A DNA stretch of 63,577 bases, the filler included, from Collodictyon triciliatum (Eukaryota): the NCBI GenBank assembly GCA_043381765.1. It is 5 parts of 5 records of this genome, joined end to end, with 100 filler letters (N's around TTAATTAATTAA, not from the genome) between each part and the next. Parts side by side here need not be neighbours in the genome. Positions count along the whole stretch, not along the records: positions 1 to 12,654 come from JBHJMP010002130.1; positions 12,755 to 25,395 come from JBHJMP010002131.1; 3 more parts are not named here. The stretch is one strand, 5' to 3'. Shown here piece after piece: positions 1 through 13,004 of the stretch. The translations under genes and the position numbers were made by a program. The notes under the pieces are model-generated. The model made no database searches, was not told where the DNA came from, and saw nothing but the letters and a program-made list of their open reading frames with translations. Every line of letters begins with the position of its first letter. Positions within the stretch are counted from its first letter, which is position 1.

Positions 1-42
<42 letters not shown>

Positions 43-132
43 GAGTAGGATATGGACCTGGATCTGTGTTGGTTGTGTCATTTTGTTCGAATATAAAGCT
101 GCAAGGATGGACGGACTCAAACCAAGCTTACT

Positions 133-582
133 GAATTCTTTGATAGACGAAGAAACATCCTTTTGATGGTACAAGAGAACAGACAGTCCCAGTAAGTAAC
201 ACTCGAACAGAAAAGGAAGGGCCTTAAACTTTCACCCTCTACTCTTTTTCTTTCTGGTATTTGGCATAAGGGGTGAAGGGCCTTTTCTGTAAAAGAAACG
301 TAAAGCAATTCAAAAGGAGTCTAAAAGAAACCAATATGAATAGAAATCACCCACCTGCTTATCAAGCCCCTTTGCAACCCCAGGCAGATCAGGTTTCGGG
401 GCTTGACTCTGGCTGTATTGCCGGACATTCGGAAACACGCACCCTCTACTAGATGAACCATAGGAAGATCGAAATCTGATGGTACTCTGCAGCTGTGTTG
501 TTGGGCGGGTGACCCCAAGTGCTTGGCTCCTTTGAGCAGCAGTGAGAAGTCGGAGTCCCATCAACAGATACCTGATCATCAT
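133..582 (-). CDS. 5' part of a spliced gene, possibly an HMG-box protein with a mitochondrial-type presequence (truncated at scaffold edge)
   Basis: Exon 1 MMIRYLLMGLRLLTAAQRS... is R/S/L-rich with no acidic residue in the first ~60 aa and ends CAG|GTGGGT. The next exon after TTTTACAG reads KRPFTPYAKYQKEK, resembling the HMG-box start KRP..AY..F..E. Only a fragment is visible. Confidence 0.35.
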
Positions 583-601
583 GTAGAAGGTTTTTGTTTT
601 T

Positions 602-683
602 TGGCTTTTTTTTGGGTTTTTGGGTTTATTGGGTTTTTGGGTTTTTGGGTTTTTGGGTTTACTGAGTTTTTGGGTTTATTGGG
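602..683 (+). repeat. Degenerate (T4-7 G3)n tract, telomere-like and G-quadruplex-prone
   Basis: About eight GGG runs separated by T-rich spacers (TTTTTGGG, TTTATTGGG). Confidence 0.7.
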
Positions 684-980
684 TTCTCTGTGGAATTGTG
701 AGAGGAAGGACCCATGGCCAGCCGGTGTTGGCACCATCCTTCCTCAGCCAAGAGCGGGTTTGATTGGTGCGCGCTAACTTGAGGCAGGCGATTATCACCA
801 TGTGTCGAAAGGGGAGCGCATTCCAGATCGATCTATAATTCCAGGTTGTTTATAGACCACATTAAATTTACTATATGTGGAATATACAGAGATGAATCAG
901 ACGGACGCGCGCCGGTTGGGCCGATGCCAAGGGCCGGGTGCAAGGACGAAGGAGGCGTAATACAGAAGGTTTATCATGAG

Positions 981-3900
981 CTAATCACTATCGGATAGGT
1001 CAATCACAAAGTGGGGTTTGTCTTGGATTCTGCAGGTCGTTTGGTTTGTGTTGTCTGTGTTGCCTGAGTTTCTGTGGGTGTTTTCTTGGTCTTGGTTTGT
1101 GGACTCATCACAGGAGGCTGTTTGGGCCGCGCTTTTGTATGGAGATGAACCCGAATTGTGAGATTCACTAGTGATCTCGGAAGATTTTGAGAATATTGCA
1201 GGTTGGTGCCGCTGGTCATTGGTCATAAATGATGATGATGATGATGATGCAAAGGGCTGAGATAGTAGGCCATTGTGGAGGTGTGGAGGTGCACCTAGGG
1301 ATAGTAGATGCCCAGTTAAGATTAATATAAATATTTGCATTTCATAGGGTTTTGTAGAAGAGGGTGACTTTGTGATAAACGGTAAGTGGTTATCTACTGG
1401 TGTGGTGTTTGTTCTTTGTTCTTTGTTTTGTGTTATTTTGTAGTGTATTATTTCTTTTTTCTTTTTTCTTTTTTCTTTTTTCTTTTTTCTTTTTTCTTTT
1501 TTCTTTTTTCTTTTTTCTTTTTTCTTTTTTTCTTTTTCTTTTTTTTCTTTTTCTTTTTTTCTTTTTCTTTTTTTCTTTTTCTTTTTCTTTTTCTTTTTCT
1601 TTTTCTTTTTCTTTTTCTTTTTCTTTTTCTTTTTCTTTTTCTTTTTCTTTTTCTTTTTTTCTTTTTCTTTTTCTTTTTCTTTTTTTCTTTTTCTTTTTTT
1701 TGCTTTCTATTGTTTTCCATTGTTTTCCTTTGCTTTCTGTTCATGTGCTTTAACAAGAAACAAACTGTATTACAAAAAAGGGATTATTGCTGGTCATCCC
1801 AACAAACCTTCGAAGTTGTATGATCCATCATGAGGCAAAAGAGGAGGAGATTCCAAGATGATAGGAGGAGAGAGAAGAGGCATTGAAATGATGACAGTGG
1901 AGAGCCAAGTATCTTTCTGTTTATCAACTTTTCTCTCCTCGTCGCCCCCTATCGAATGATCAAAATCAAATGTTATTTCTCCATTCTCTCCCATACAAAT
2001 ACCGAGGCCAGATGTGTCAGGTTCAGGATTTAAAGCAGCCAGTGGATTCGGTGATTTTCCATTCCCCACAACAGACACTGATGTTTCTCGCGGATTTCTA
2101 CCCTGAGGATCTTCTGATTGGGGGTCAATAATATTCTCCTCTTCATCTCCCGAGCTCAGATCTTCGATTATGGTATGTTGATGGGACGAAATTGCTAGAT
2201 GATATTGTGCATGCAACACTTAAAATACTTGAAATACTTGCACTTATATTAAAATCAAGTGAATGGGGAAAATATTGGCGTTAATTGATATCAACAAGCA
2301 GGAGCGCTCTATACGTAGATGAGATTCATTTGGAAGCATACCTGTCTTTTTTCTGTCTCCGCCAAAATTTCCTTTGGAAATAGGATGAAATGTGCCATCA
2401 TGCTTTATTTCAACCTCGTCTATTGACGTAGGTACACTGTCCAAAATGCGTTTAAAGTATGCATCATGGCATATTAAATCTAGTGTCAGAATCTCACTGC
2501 ATGTCGGACATTTCCACGATATTTTTTGTCGATTAATCAACAAAAAGGAGGAAAGGTCGAAGCACTATTTATAATAAAGTAGATATTCAATCAAATTTAA
2601 ACAAATCTTGTTTCATCTGGGCTTAATTCAAGAAGGTATTTCCTTCAATAATTAGGCTGTAACTTGATACAAGTAGCTTTTTAACGTAATAATAATAAAT
2701 TACAATTAAAAAAATCATATTAAGCTACCTGGACGTGTCTACATTTGAATCCACGAACAGGTTGTACGATTCTAGTCATGCTTAATGGACACTTTAACGA
2801 AACCTTCATGGCTACTTGTTCAACTTCGTCGTCCTCTTCTCCATGGAATAATTTTTTTACTATACAATGTATCCATTCAATAAAAGGACATTAGATGATA
2901 TCGACTTCCTGAGAATAAGACTAAGAGATTTTTGTCTTATTTAATTTTTTCTTGAATATACGTGGGATTGGGAGGAAAAAACTTACTAATATCAACAGTA
3001 GTGCTTTCATCTACTGTATCAACATGTTTTATTAAATCAGAGTCAGGGACAATTTGGACTAAAAATACACCCATTAGAAAGTCCTGTGTGGGTATGATAG
3101 ATTGATCCATTGTTATTATTATTGCTATTACTATTACCACCACGCGAAGGCCATAACACATAATTTATTGATTTCACTTGGTAATTTTATCATTCTACAA
3201 ACAGGGGCAATACAAGGTCCAATAGCTATGGCGCAGGTGTTCGTGCCTTCTTTAACAAACTTTGTTATATCGATAGGCCTTCTCTGTACGATAAAATGGG
3301 TGATTACTTTGGTTTCACTCACAAATAGAAAGTCACATGATTTTAAAATAAATGTCGAGCAGGTATTGAACATGATTGTCAGATTGAAAAGAAAGGGAAG
3401 AAAAAAGAAGTTGCTCACATGAAGTTTATCAGGGGGGTGATTATTCACTCGAATAGATATTTGTAAATTTTTTGGCCAAATATGAAGAATGGGCCCAGGA
3501 GGTAGTTTATAACTACGGAGATAAATTTTCCAACAGCGAATCTTTGGAAATCTGTTGCAATTATTCGTTGAATTTAATGTTTGGCTCTTAGATGTAAAAT
3601 GACATGTATTTTGTAAGTCCTCTTTTTATTTTGAAAGCTATTTGTGTATTAATCGAATAAAGGGGAAAAAAAAGCTATTTGTGTATTCTTACGCTTCTCC
3701 AGTCATATCAAGAACTTCAAATATTGCAGCAGGTATAGAGAACATGATGCTATGCATTTTGGGTTTGTCATTTCCAATCGAAAGAGGAGGAAATAATGAG
3801 GAACTCAGAATAATTTCAAACGGATTACGTGATGTCATGCCCCTTTTGGCCTATATTGAGAATGATACAAAAGAAAAATATGGTTGAGATTCCCATCGAA

Positions 3901-5297
3901 GCTGCTCGACAAATCAAGTGAAATATGTACAAGAAATTATAAAGCTTTGTCATCAATAAATAGAAAAATACTTTCATTTGCTCGTTATGTATGATGGCCG
4001 ATTTTGCCATAAGCTCTCTAATATCTCCTGATTTTCCTTTGCTTATGGCACTTTTTTGGGAAATCTTCTGAGAAGATGCGCAACTTTCGTTCAGTTGCTT
4101 CGGGGATTCATGAAGTGATTTCTGATATACATACGATATACCTCCACTTAAGCATGCTCTCTTTCTTTGTTGGGGGCTATGCTCATGGGGTATATTTTGC
4201 CGTAAATTTGAATGAACTGGCTTTGTGAGATGGCTTGTGTCGTAATTGTGGAATTGAGTGTGGACTGGAACACTTGCAGAAATCAATCCTGGTTGTATTA
4301 TGGGCATTTGGAATTGTTGAGGACTTTCTTTGCTTTGTGGTGACTGGGTGACTTTCTGCTTTTGTTGATTTGTTGGTGTGCTTTCAAACTGCAGCGGTCG
4401 AAGGTGAACTTCGGAAGGAGAGTCTGTTGCCAGCTGCCAGTGATTAAAAACCATATTTGGGGGAGCTATAGTATGTATATTTAAAGATGCCGTATTTTGT
4501 GTATATTCACTCAATTGATTTGGAGTGGCCATTGAAAATCCTAGGGGTAGTGAGGAGGATGTGTTCATGGCTGGATGGACATACATCCAATCCCTCAAAT
4601 GCTCTTCGTTGTAAGAAAAATCAGAAATACTCGTGGATTCGCCTTGTAGCTGAGAGTGATAGTGAACTGGAAAGCATTTGTCAACAGGGTTTACAGCAGC
4701 GGTAGAATTGGGTTCATAATTAATATGCGTAGATAGTGGTTGAATTTCTTGTCTAAAGTCATATGGATAAAAAGTCATTTGTTGACTGGGTTGGAATTGA
4801 GGAACAGCTGAAGGAAGAAGCGACGCCGAGCCTGTGTATGATAAGCTTGTACGTGGGTTACTGTCTATGCGATGCGGGTTGATTGTTGGAGACTGGTAAT
4901 CAACAACCAAGTGAGGTTTTCTCTCCTGGTTGTGAAGAGCGAGAGGGCATGAAGAATGCCCTTCGTTTGCAATGGGGGATGCGCTGAAAGATTGATTTAT
5001 GGCCTGAAGGCGGTCACACCACTGAGTGATTCGATTTCGTTGGCGTGGTTTGAAGCAATTGATGCTGCTTTTGGCCCGTTGGAAAACTTCGGAAAGAAGT
5101 CGAAGGTTTTCTGGGTTGGTGATCCAGTCGGCTCGAAACAAAAGTGCGGATACTGCGACAAGACAGTTAAATATTTCGGAAGAGCCCAGGGGAATATACT
5201 GCATTTGCATCAGTTCGATCAGTTGCTTGATCATTGGTACGCTCGGCTCATGACTCTTCAACTCTTGACTCAGTTGTGTAAGTACGTAATGGTTCAT
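981..5297 (-). CDS. SP-RING (MIZ zinc finger) SUMO E3 ligase, PIAS/SIZ-like, multi-exon
   Basis: Spliced exons give [47 protein letters not shown] (SP-RING), preceded by [13 protein letters not shown]-like motifs [12 protein letters not shown] and C-terminal [13 protein letters not shown] junctions keep the frame. Confidence 0.85.
1450..1700 (+). repeat. (CTTTTT)n microsatellite in an intron
   Basis: Direct reading; it generates the spurious F/S and K/R ORFs. Confidence 0.95.
3634..3687 (+). mobile_element. Micro-retroinsertion (20 nt) with perfect 17-bp TSD
   Basis: AAAGCTATTTGTGTATT [AATCGAATAAAGGGGAAAAA] AAAGCTATTTGTGTATT, in an intron of the SP-RING gene. Confidence 0.85.
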
Positions 5298-7197
5298 GTC
5301 GCTGACTCGCCCTTGTTTGGAGAGGTTAGCTGAAACAATGAAAAGGAGAGAAGAAGAAAAGGGATAGCAAACTCAGGCCCAGAAATCGAGCTCTATTGAG
5401 GTTGCAGACACAGACAGAATGATAAGAGAAAACCAGAGGGACCGCTACTGTGTTGCAAGGTCAACGCGAACGGCAAAAGCTGGCTTGCTTAGTACCTATA
5501 TTAATTGTGGATGAAGAAGAAGAAGAAAAACTTGTTCAGGAGTCTCGATTGCGGGAAGGTAGGGGAGTCGATCTGTTGTTCAGATGAGAGGGAACGCAAA
5601 CAAAAATAATTCAAATAGCCCGCGACTCTGGTGTTTACACAACGATCGGAAAACGACGTGCGACAGGGGAATTGGCAAGGAATAGAACGGGGAAGCTACC
5701 AAGAAAACAATTGTGAGTGAGTGTGCGTGTGCGTGGGTGTGGGTGTGTGCTGATCCGTTGGTGATTGATCTGTTTGCGGGAATATGGAATTTCTGGGTGT
5801 GAGGCTCAAAGGCGGATGTTGCTGTGGCTTTGTGTTGCTGCCTGCGTCTTTGCGCTGAGGCAGTGTGTGTCATGCTATATAAGGCATTCACCTTGGAGTT
5901 TGTTGCCTTGATGTCTTGCCATTGCCATGGAGAAGAATAATGACACTTGGTGGGGGTTTTTTTTTTTTCGGGAGGTTGCATCCCATCTTAATTTACAACT
6001 TTTGTTTTATTCATCATAACCTCTATAAGGTCGTAGGGTTTTTATGGGTACAATAACAACATGGTTTTTGTTTTTTATAATAAAAAAAATAATTGAAAGA
6101 CTGGAAGAGGTGGTTCAGCAGGTTATTTTCAAAGTCAATCCAAGAAAGAGAGCCTCAGAAAACAAGATATCTTGAGGCTCTAATTTATATCTCCATATTA
6201 GCCTCAAGCCGGAGTACCATTCATAATCTTCTGTTCTTCATTTGTCGCTGAAATGTCTCAAGAGTAAGAAGGTATAGTCCCACAGATTGTTGATTCATTT
6301 TAAATGTATATACCAGAAAGATAAATTTTGAGATGATGGCTTCAGGATTAGCGTTGAGTAAGCCCCATGAATCTCTGAGCTACCACACACTAAATCTCCG
6401 AATTCGGCAGGTCTGTTGTTGCCTTTACCACTAAAGCACCCCACTAAATGTGACATAAGACCTTAGAAAGTTTGCAGCTAGTTTCAAATAAAATCTCTTG
6501 GTCCTTTTTGTTATAGAAAAAAATCGTGGATGAAAGTTGGGTATATGGAGGTGCTTGTGTTTATCGCTTGTCTCGGGTTTATGGTTGTCGCGTGGTGTTG
6601 GTAAATGTATATGGTGAAAAAAATACCATAACATCAGTTTTCATTTTGCGCATGACGAGCCGCTCCCTTTGTCACCAAATCCGGAAACCAACAAGTCATA
6701 GCAGATTTCAAGAGACCAAAAGCAGGGCTGACGCAAAGCCACGCACGCAAAGGCGGGAACGCTGATTTGTACTGGCGTCATAATGACCCGGTAAGACGTA
6801 TGAACGCGTAATTGCCCACAGGGTTTATATAAACAACTACTCACTCAGCCATAATATCCTCCCTGTGAGTAAGCATGCACCCTCGTCATGGCCCAGGAAT
6901 GCCGAGCTTCTGGGAGACATAGGAAATGCGCATTTGATATCGGGCTGGGAATCCAATCTACCAACTCATAACCTGGTTTTGTGTCTTTATTACCTGCGGT
7001 TTCCCTCATCCTGGATTCAGAATTCTGTTCTTTATTGCGACTCGGATCACATACGGAGTTAAATGCTTGGGCATTCCTTGCTCTCGCTCCATGACCAACT
7101 ATCATCTTAGCTTCGTTGAGTTGACCATGGCTAAGATCACATATCCACATCATGTAAAAGCGGTGGACTGCTCTGATAGCATTTTTATAATCCAGAT

Positions 7198-8829
7198 ATG
7201 CTATCCTTTATTCGAAACGCTTCGCGTCAGATCACCGACCGCAAAAAGAATGATGACCCCCTAGACCCTGACAAACTCTTGGCCCGCAAACATGTAACCA
7301 CTTGCAATTCTATCGATGCCCGATTGTATGTTTGTTTGTTTGTTTGTTTGTTTGTTTGTTACTCTTTCATTTATCATACGCCGACACTGTCGCTCTTGGT
7401 AATTAACCCAATCCTGTCCATGAAAAAAGTTTCTCAGCCCCAAGGAAACTCTCTACGTCGCTGTAAATTACGGCGTAATAAAAGTAAGGCCGCAATTTTA
7501 TACTTAGCTTCGTGAAAGGGATACTTTACATGCTATTGTGTTTAAAAGAGAAAAAAGAAAGGCTCATTTCGTGTGCCATTGCTGCTTCTCATAAAAATTA
7601 CATACTAACCTTCGGACCTTCGACAATAGACAACGTATCCGACGCTGAAGCTCATCATGATGGGATTCATGGCTGGGCTATATCTAGGGATGGGAGCCAC
7701 TGTTGCACTTACAATGGCAACTGGAGTTCCCGAAATCAAAGCAACGAATCCTGCGATTCAGAAGCTTCTATTTGGTGCTGTTTTTCCGGTTGGACTTGTT
7801 TTAATCTTATTAGCTGGAGGTGAACTCTTCACTGGGAATGTTATGACTCTTTTGCCACCATTTTTAATGGGTCGTATCACAATATGGGCCCTGCTCAAAA
7901 ATTGGATTCTTGTATACTGGTCTAACTTTGCTGGGTGTCTCTTCTCTGCATATTTTCCTGTTCATCTTGGGGGCCTATTTGCCAAGAATCCTTATCATGA
8001 TGCTTTACTGGCTTTAGCCGAAAAAAAGGTAGTCTTTTTTTCATATAGACTGATATTGTCTCTCCTCTCTTATTTCGTTTCAAAAATCAAAAGTCCGCCA
8101 AGCTCACTCGCTCTTTTTTTATTTTTTTTAGTAATTAATTATTTGCAGAATAATTTGTCGGTTTGAAATTTTTTATGCTTGTTTTTTTTTTTTTTTTTGA
8201 TGCATTAACGACCCTTCGTGATTCGCAGGGCATAAGGGTTTCATCCGTTTTGCGTGCTTTCTTATATTAAATAGTAATCCAATTGTTATCTTTTTTTTCT
8301 TTTTTTTTTTTGTTTCGTACAGGTTGAGCTTACTTTTTTGGAAGCGTTTATGAGAGGTACGGGGTGCAACTTTATGGTTTGTCTCGCTACATATATTGCT
8401 TATGGAGCTCTGGATGTCTCTGGAAAGATTCTTGGCATGTATTTGCCTATTCTTACTTTTGCGACGATTGGGTTTGAGCACAGTATCGCAAACATGTTCA
8501 TTATACCTCTGGCTGTTTTTGAAGGTGCAGATATCACCACCTACGAGTTTACGGTTTTGAATGCAATACCTGTGCTCCTCGGCAATATCGTTGGAGGTGG
8601 TATCTTTGTCGGTGTGGTGAACTGGTACATCTACACGCCCCACTTTTTCTTCTGGGCGAAGGACCCACACCGGGAAGACCATAATGCCACGCTGTATGAA
8701 GACAAGCATATTTTCGATGAAGACAGGATGCGGGAGGCTGTTGCGGCTATCAATGAGTTCCAAACGATTGAGATGCAGGATATGGAACGCACTGCTTCAC
8801 CTCATCAACAAGAAGCACGCTTCCATTAA
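7198..8829 (+). CDS. Formate/nitrite transporter (FNT) family channel, copy 1, 4 exons
   Basis: FNT motifs FPVGLVLILLAGGELFTGN, NWILVYWSNFAG, GCNFMVCLA, FATIGFEHSIANM and LGNIVGG. GT-AG introns after KH, VIK and EKK. Confidence 0.93.
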
Positions 8830-8897
8830 AATTTGGAATCTTTGAATAAACCAAACGTTATATTATGACGTATTCGATAGGAATACAAGCTGGAACG

Positions 8898-8948
8898 GAG
8901 CACTTCAATCTTTTTTTTCCTTTATTCGATCCGAAGAGCCCTTCAATC
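8898..8948 (-). mobile_element. Micro-retroinsertion (25 nt) with 13-bp TSD (1 mismatch)
   Basis: GAGCACTTCAATC [TTTTTTTTCCTTTATTCGATCCGAA] GAGCCCTTCAATC. Confidence 0.75.
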
Positions 8949-9009
8949 ATATTAATGTACTGATTCGTTGTTGTTTATTACACTTGTTTATTATTTTAAA
9001 CCATTACAA

Positions 9010-9670
9010 TGCTGCAACCCCCAGCTACGTCCGAAACACTGCGCCCTACTGTACAATACCTCCAACAGAGAGCTGTGGATAGGTGCGCGTGTAGTCCATG
9101 CAGCAACGACCTCTCCAGAGTGCACCATGTGCCATAGTGGAGATGACTCTCGAACACACATTTGTAAAGTGCTCTCTGGCTCAAAAAGTGACAGAATCTA
9201 CCCACAAGATGCTCTCTGAGCTTGATCGTGCTCCCTACCGACTCAGCGCATCCGACATCCTGTTTGGCGCACAATACCAAATGACCCGACTCTAAAATAC
9301 TCTGGACAGTCACAAGGGGGCATATGCTGCGGTCTTTATGTAGTGTGCGTGCATTCTCTCGCTCTAATGATTCACCCTTACGAGAAATCAGTGTATCCAT
9401 GCTTGAAAGCCTCGTGCAATACAGCTTCCTGAACAACCTGCTGAAACACACTCGCATTCTTCGCTACTCAGACCGCAAGCGAAGAGAGATGTGGGAATGT
9501 GTCGTGAGATATCTCCCACAGCATATCCAACCCCTGCTACCCACGCAGCCAATCATCCAGTGGGTCGCCCACCTAACCAACTTGCTATCACTGATTTCTT
9601 TCCAGCGCTACCCTCTCCACAGTAGTGTCTTTTCTTACTCGCGTTTGCTCTCTACCATCACATCTTTTTA
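9010..9670 (+). mobile_element. Decayed non-LTR retrotransposon (L1/Tx1-like) ORF2 C-terminus and 3' region
   Basis: Joining two frames across one frameshift (~9145) gives ECTMCHSGD-TLEHTFVKCSLAQKV, matching the zf-RVT pattern C-x2-C...H-x4-C..A..V, followed by LSASDILFG. Stops and frameshifts are present. A 19-mer (9640-9658) is shared with the element at 34864-34882. Confidence 0.65.
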
Positions 9671-10786
9671 GCCACTTTTATGGTTTATCCACGGGCCTGA
9701 ACCGGGTTTTGCGTACGCACGCGACAGGCTGGGCAGACAACAGAGCCCTTTCAAATATGTTTTCTATAATTGGAACATATAAAGTATAATATTAACATAA
9801 CATAATATCATATCATATTTTTTCGTAATATTTCAATATATAGACAATGATTTAACATATTATATATTACTTGTAAAAAGTTGCCGTGGCCTGTGCGAAC
9901 CAACAAAAATTATCGGCGTGGGTGCAGTTCACTGAATAGTTTGTGCAATCGGTCAAATAAGGAAGAGTTTGAAGAGGAAATTCGGGACTGAGAAATCCAA
10001 GGCCATAAGCGCGACAATAGACGCACGCGCGTACACAGACACAAAGATGCATGTATCGGAGGGTGTGGGAGCGTGCTCACTCCTCAGCGTCCACGTATGG
10101 AATATAGCACGCGCCCAACACACTGCAATGTTAATCTGGCACGAGCTTGAGTCGCGTGCTCACTAAACCTTCTCCAACACCTCTACCAGCTTTGCATCTT
10201 TCGTTTTTTCCGAGGCACACGAGCCATGTTTTTTTTTTCTTTTCGTCCTTTCCTTTCCTATCCTATCCTTTCTTTTCTTTTCTTTTCTTTTCTTTTCTTT
10301 TCTTTTCTTTTCTTTTTGGTGCAAGGCATTTTTTTTCTACATGATTGGTTTTTTCTTCACCTATAAGTCTTTACTAACACATTCATTTTCTTTTGTTTAT
10401 GCTACCATTGCAGCATGCGCGCACACGAAAAAAAAAGAAAAGAAAAAAAAGAAAGGGCCTCTTGCCGCTCTATAAAGATTCACATCCCACGCCGCAGACG
10501 CCACGCATATAAATATACCACCAAACCCACCAGCCATGCAAACACGTGAAGCACAATGACTGAAAGTGAGCCAGCGAAGACAGAAACAACGCGGAGTAGA
10601 TGCACAGGCCGCCCCATGCAATCGCGACCACATCACCCACAGCCCCGCCGACTCAACATCATCAAACCCGCCCACGCCTTTAGCAAAAGGCAGGCACGGT
10701 CCACTCCCAGCAACCACTAAGCCACGATTCACACGCGTGACAGGCGCCAGGAAAAACCTCAGCCGACCACCCTCTCCACACATTCG

Positions 10787-12104
10787 ATGGACTCTTCGCA
10801 GAACCGCCGCGCCTCGCAAAACACCTCCGGCGGCAAGAAGAAGGACGAGTTGTTGGACCCCGAGAAGCTGCTGGCCCGCAAGAACGTACCGTACCCACCC
10901 TCCTCTCCAACACAGCTCTGCTCCCAAACTGCCTCAGCCACGCACGCAATCGCCCCACCCCATCAGAACAGCCTGCGCTCTACTAACTACTTCTCCCTGC
11001 CGACATACAGTACCTCAGCCCCAAGGAGACGCTCTATGTGCTGGTGAACTTCGGAGTCCTCAAGGTACCGTACCCCTCCCCCAACGCCCAACACCCAGAC
11101 CCGGAACCCGCGCTTACTGTCCCGCCCTCCAGATCACATACCCCGCGCACAAGCTCTTTGTGATGGGATGCCTGGCAGCCATGTTCGTGGGCATGGGCGC
11201 ATCTGCGGCACTGACGGCGTCCACCGGCGTGCCCGGCATCGGCGAACACAACCCAGGCATTCCGCGCCTCCTCTATGGCCTGGTCTTCCCAATCGGCCTG
11301 ATCCTGATCCTTGTGGCGGGTGGGGAGCTCTTCACCGGAAATGTCATGACTCTTCTGCCACCCTTCCTGATGGGTCGCATCTCGGGCCGCCAGCTGCTCA
11401 AGAACTGGATCGTCGTCTACTTTTCAAACTTCTTCGGCTCTGTCCTGACTGCCTACTTCATCGGCTACCTAGGCGGCCTCTTCAAGCACGACCCGTACCA
11501 TCACGAGCTCGTCCACTACGTGGAGCACAAGGTATGCATCCCACCCCTGACTCGTCCCCACGCCCCAGCCTAACCCTGCCCGTGGCCATAGATCGAGTAC
11601 ACCTTCGGAGAGGTCTTTTTCCGAGGCATTGGTTGTAACTTTATGGTCTGTCTGGCGACGTACTGCTCGTACGCGTCCATGGACATCACCGGCAAGATCC
11701 TCGGGGCTTATCTGCCTGTGGTGGCCTTTGCAACAATTGGCCTGGAGCACTCGATAGCCAACATGTATGTGATCTCCCTGGCCATGATGCGCGGGGCCGA
11801 CGTGACCGTGGGCGAGTTCCTGGGCAACAGCATCATCCCTTCCACACTCGGCAACATCATTGGCGGCGGCTTCTTTGTGGGCGTGGTCAACTGGTACATC
11901 CACACGGGCGGCAGCCTCTGGTGGAAGGCCTCCCAGAACCACATGGAGCATCACATGGTGCTCTATGACGACCGCAAGGTCTTTGACGCCGACGAACTCA
12001 AGGTCGCCACCGACGCCGTCAACGAGGAGATCGCCATCGAGCTCTCGTCTGTCACTCCGGCCCACCACAGGCCATCGCCTGTCACTGTCGAGGAGCCCAA
12101 CTAG
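10787..12104 (+). CDS. Formate/nitrite transporter (FNT) family channel, copy 2, 4 exons, GC-rich
   Basis: FPIGLILILVAGGELFTGN, GCNFMVCLA, FATIGLEHSIANM and LGNIIGG. Same three intron positions as copy 1. Confidence 0.93.
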
Positions 12105-12448
12105 CCGCCTCACTGCCTTCTCCCCAGCGTCGTTTTTTTTTCTCTCTCTTCCCACATATTCCTTCCTCCCTCTGCCTCTCTTTGCCCCACACTGCTGTTT
12201 TATGAGATAAACGTATCTTTAATCACACGCGTTTGGCTGCCACCTGGAAGAACGAATGCACCCCGACCACGGGAGGAAGCCCACGGCGCAATTCCAATCC
12301 TTCTCTCTTCCACTCTCGTCTCTACGTCGTCATATTCTCCGTCTTTCTGCCTCTTGACTCGCTGTCTATGCTGCGCTTCGTTGAGCGCCTTGTTGCGGGG
12401 CTGATTGGATGCGAATTGATCGCTTCTGGGCATTGCAGGAACTGCCCC

Positions 12449-12554
12449 ATGGCCTCAGACATGGTATACACGCCCCCACGAGTCGGAGTCGGTGTGTTTA
12501 TTCTGAAGAAATCCCGATTTTTGGTGGGGATCCGCCAAGGGAATGAAGGGGCCG
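12449..12554 (+). CDS. First exon of a Nudix hydrolase (NUDT15/plant NUDT1-like); remainder lost at scaffold end
   Basis: MASDMVYTPPRVGVGVFILKKSRFLVGIRQGNEGAG then G|GTGAGT donor; matches the RVGVGV...L.G.R.G..GAG segment preceding the Nudix box. Confidence 0.65.
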
Positions 12555-12602
12555 GTGAGTAAAGCGGTGGCATGTCATTCTATGTGCATATGTATGTCCT
12601 TG

Positions 12603-12654
<52 letters not shown>

Positions 12655-12754
12655 NNNNNNNNNNNNNNNNNNNNNNNNNNNNNNNNNNNNNNNNNNNNTT
12701 AATTAATTAANNNNNNNNNNNNNNNNNNNNNNNNNNNNNNNNNNNNNNNNNNNN
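12655..12754. other. Artificial 100-nt scaffold linker
   Basis: N44-TTAATTAATTAA-N44 (stops in all six frames); identical at 25396-25495, 38126-38225 and 50853-50952. Confidence 0.97.
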
Positions 12755-12838
<84 letters not shown>

Positions 12839-13004
12839 CAAACTATTAATCAAAACATACAATCATAACAAAACAAAAAAAAGCAAATTGTTAATCAAAA
12901 CATACAATCAAACCGAAAAGTGCAACCTACTAATCAAAACATACAATCAAAACAAAACCAAAAAAAAGACAAGACAAGACAAGACAAGAAACGCAGGGCA
13001 GTCG

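Noticed and set aside
1386-1823. Poly-F/K/R/N/I ORFs here and at 21227, 22301, 27484, 43535, 48223, 58810 and 62162
   Set aside because: They are translations of intronic or intergenic microsatellites.
7204-7215. CCTTTATTCGA in FNT1 exon 1 as an exonised micro-element
   Set aside because: Only an 11-nt match with no T-tract or TSD; compatible with chance.
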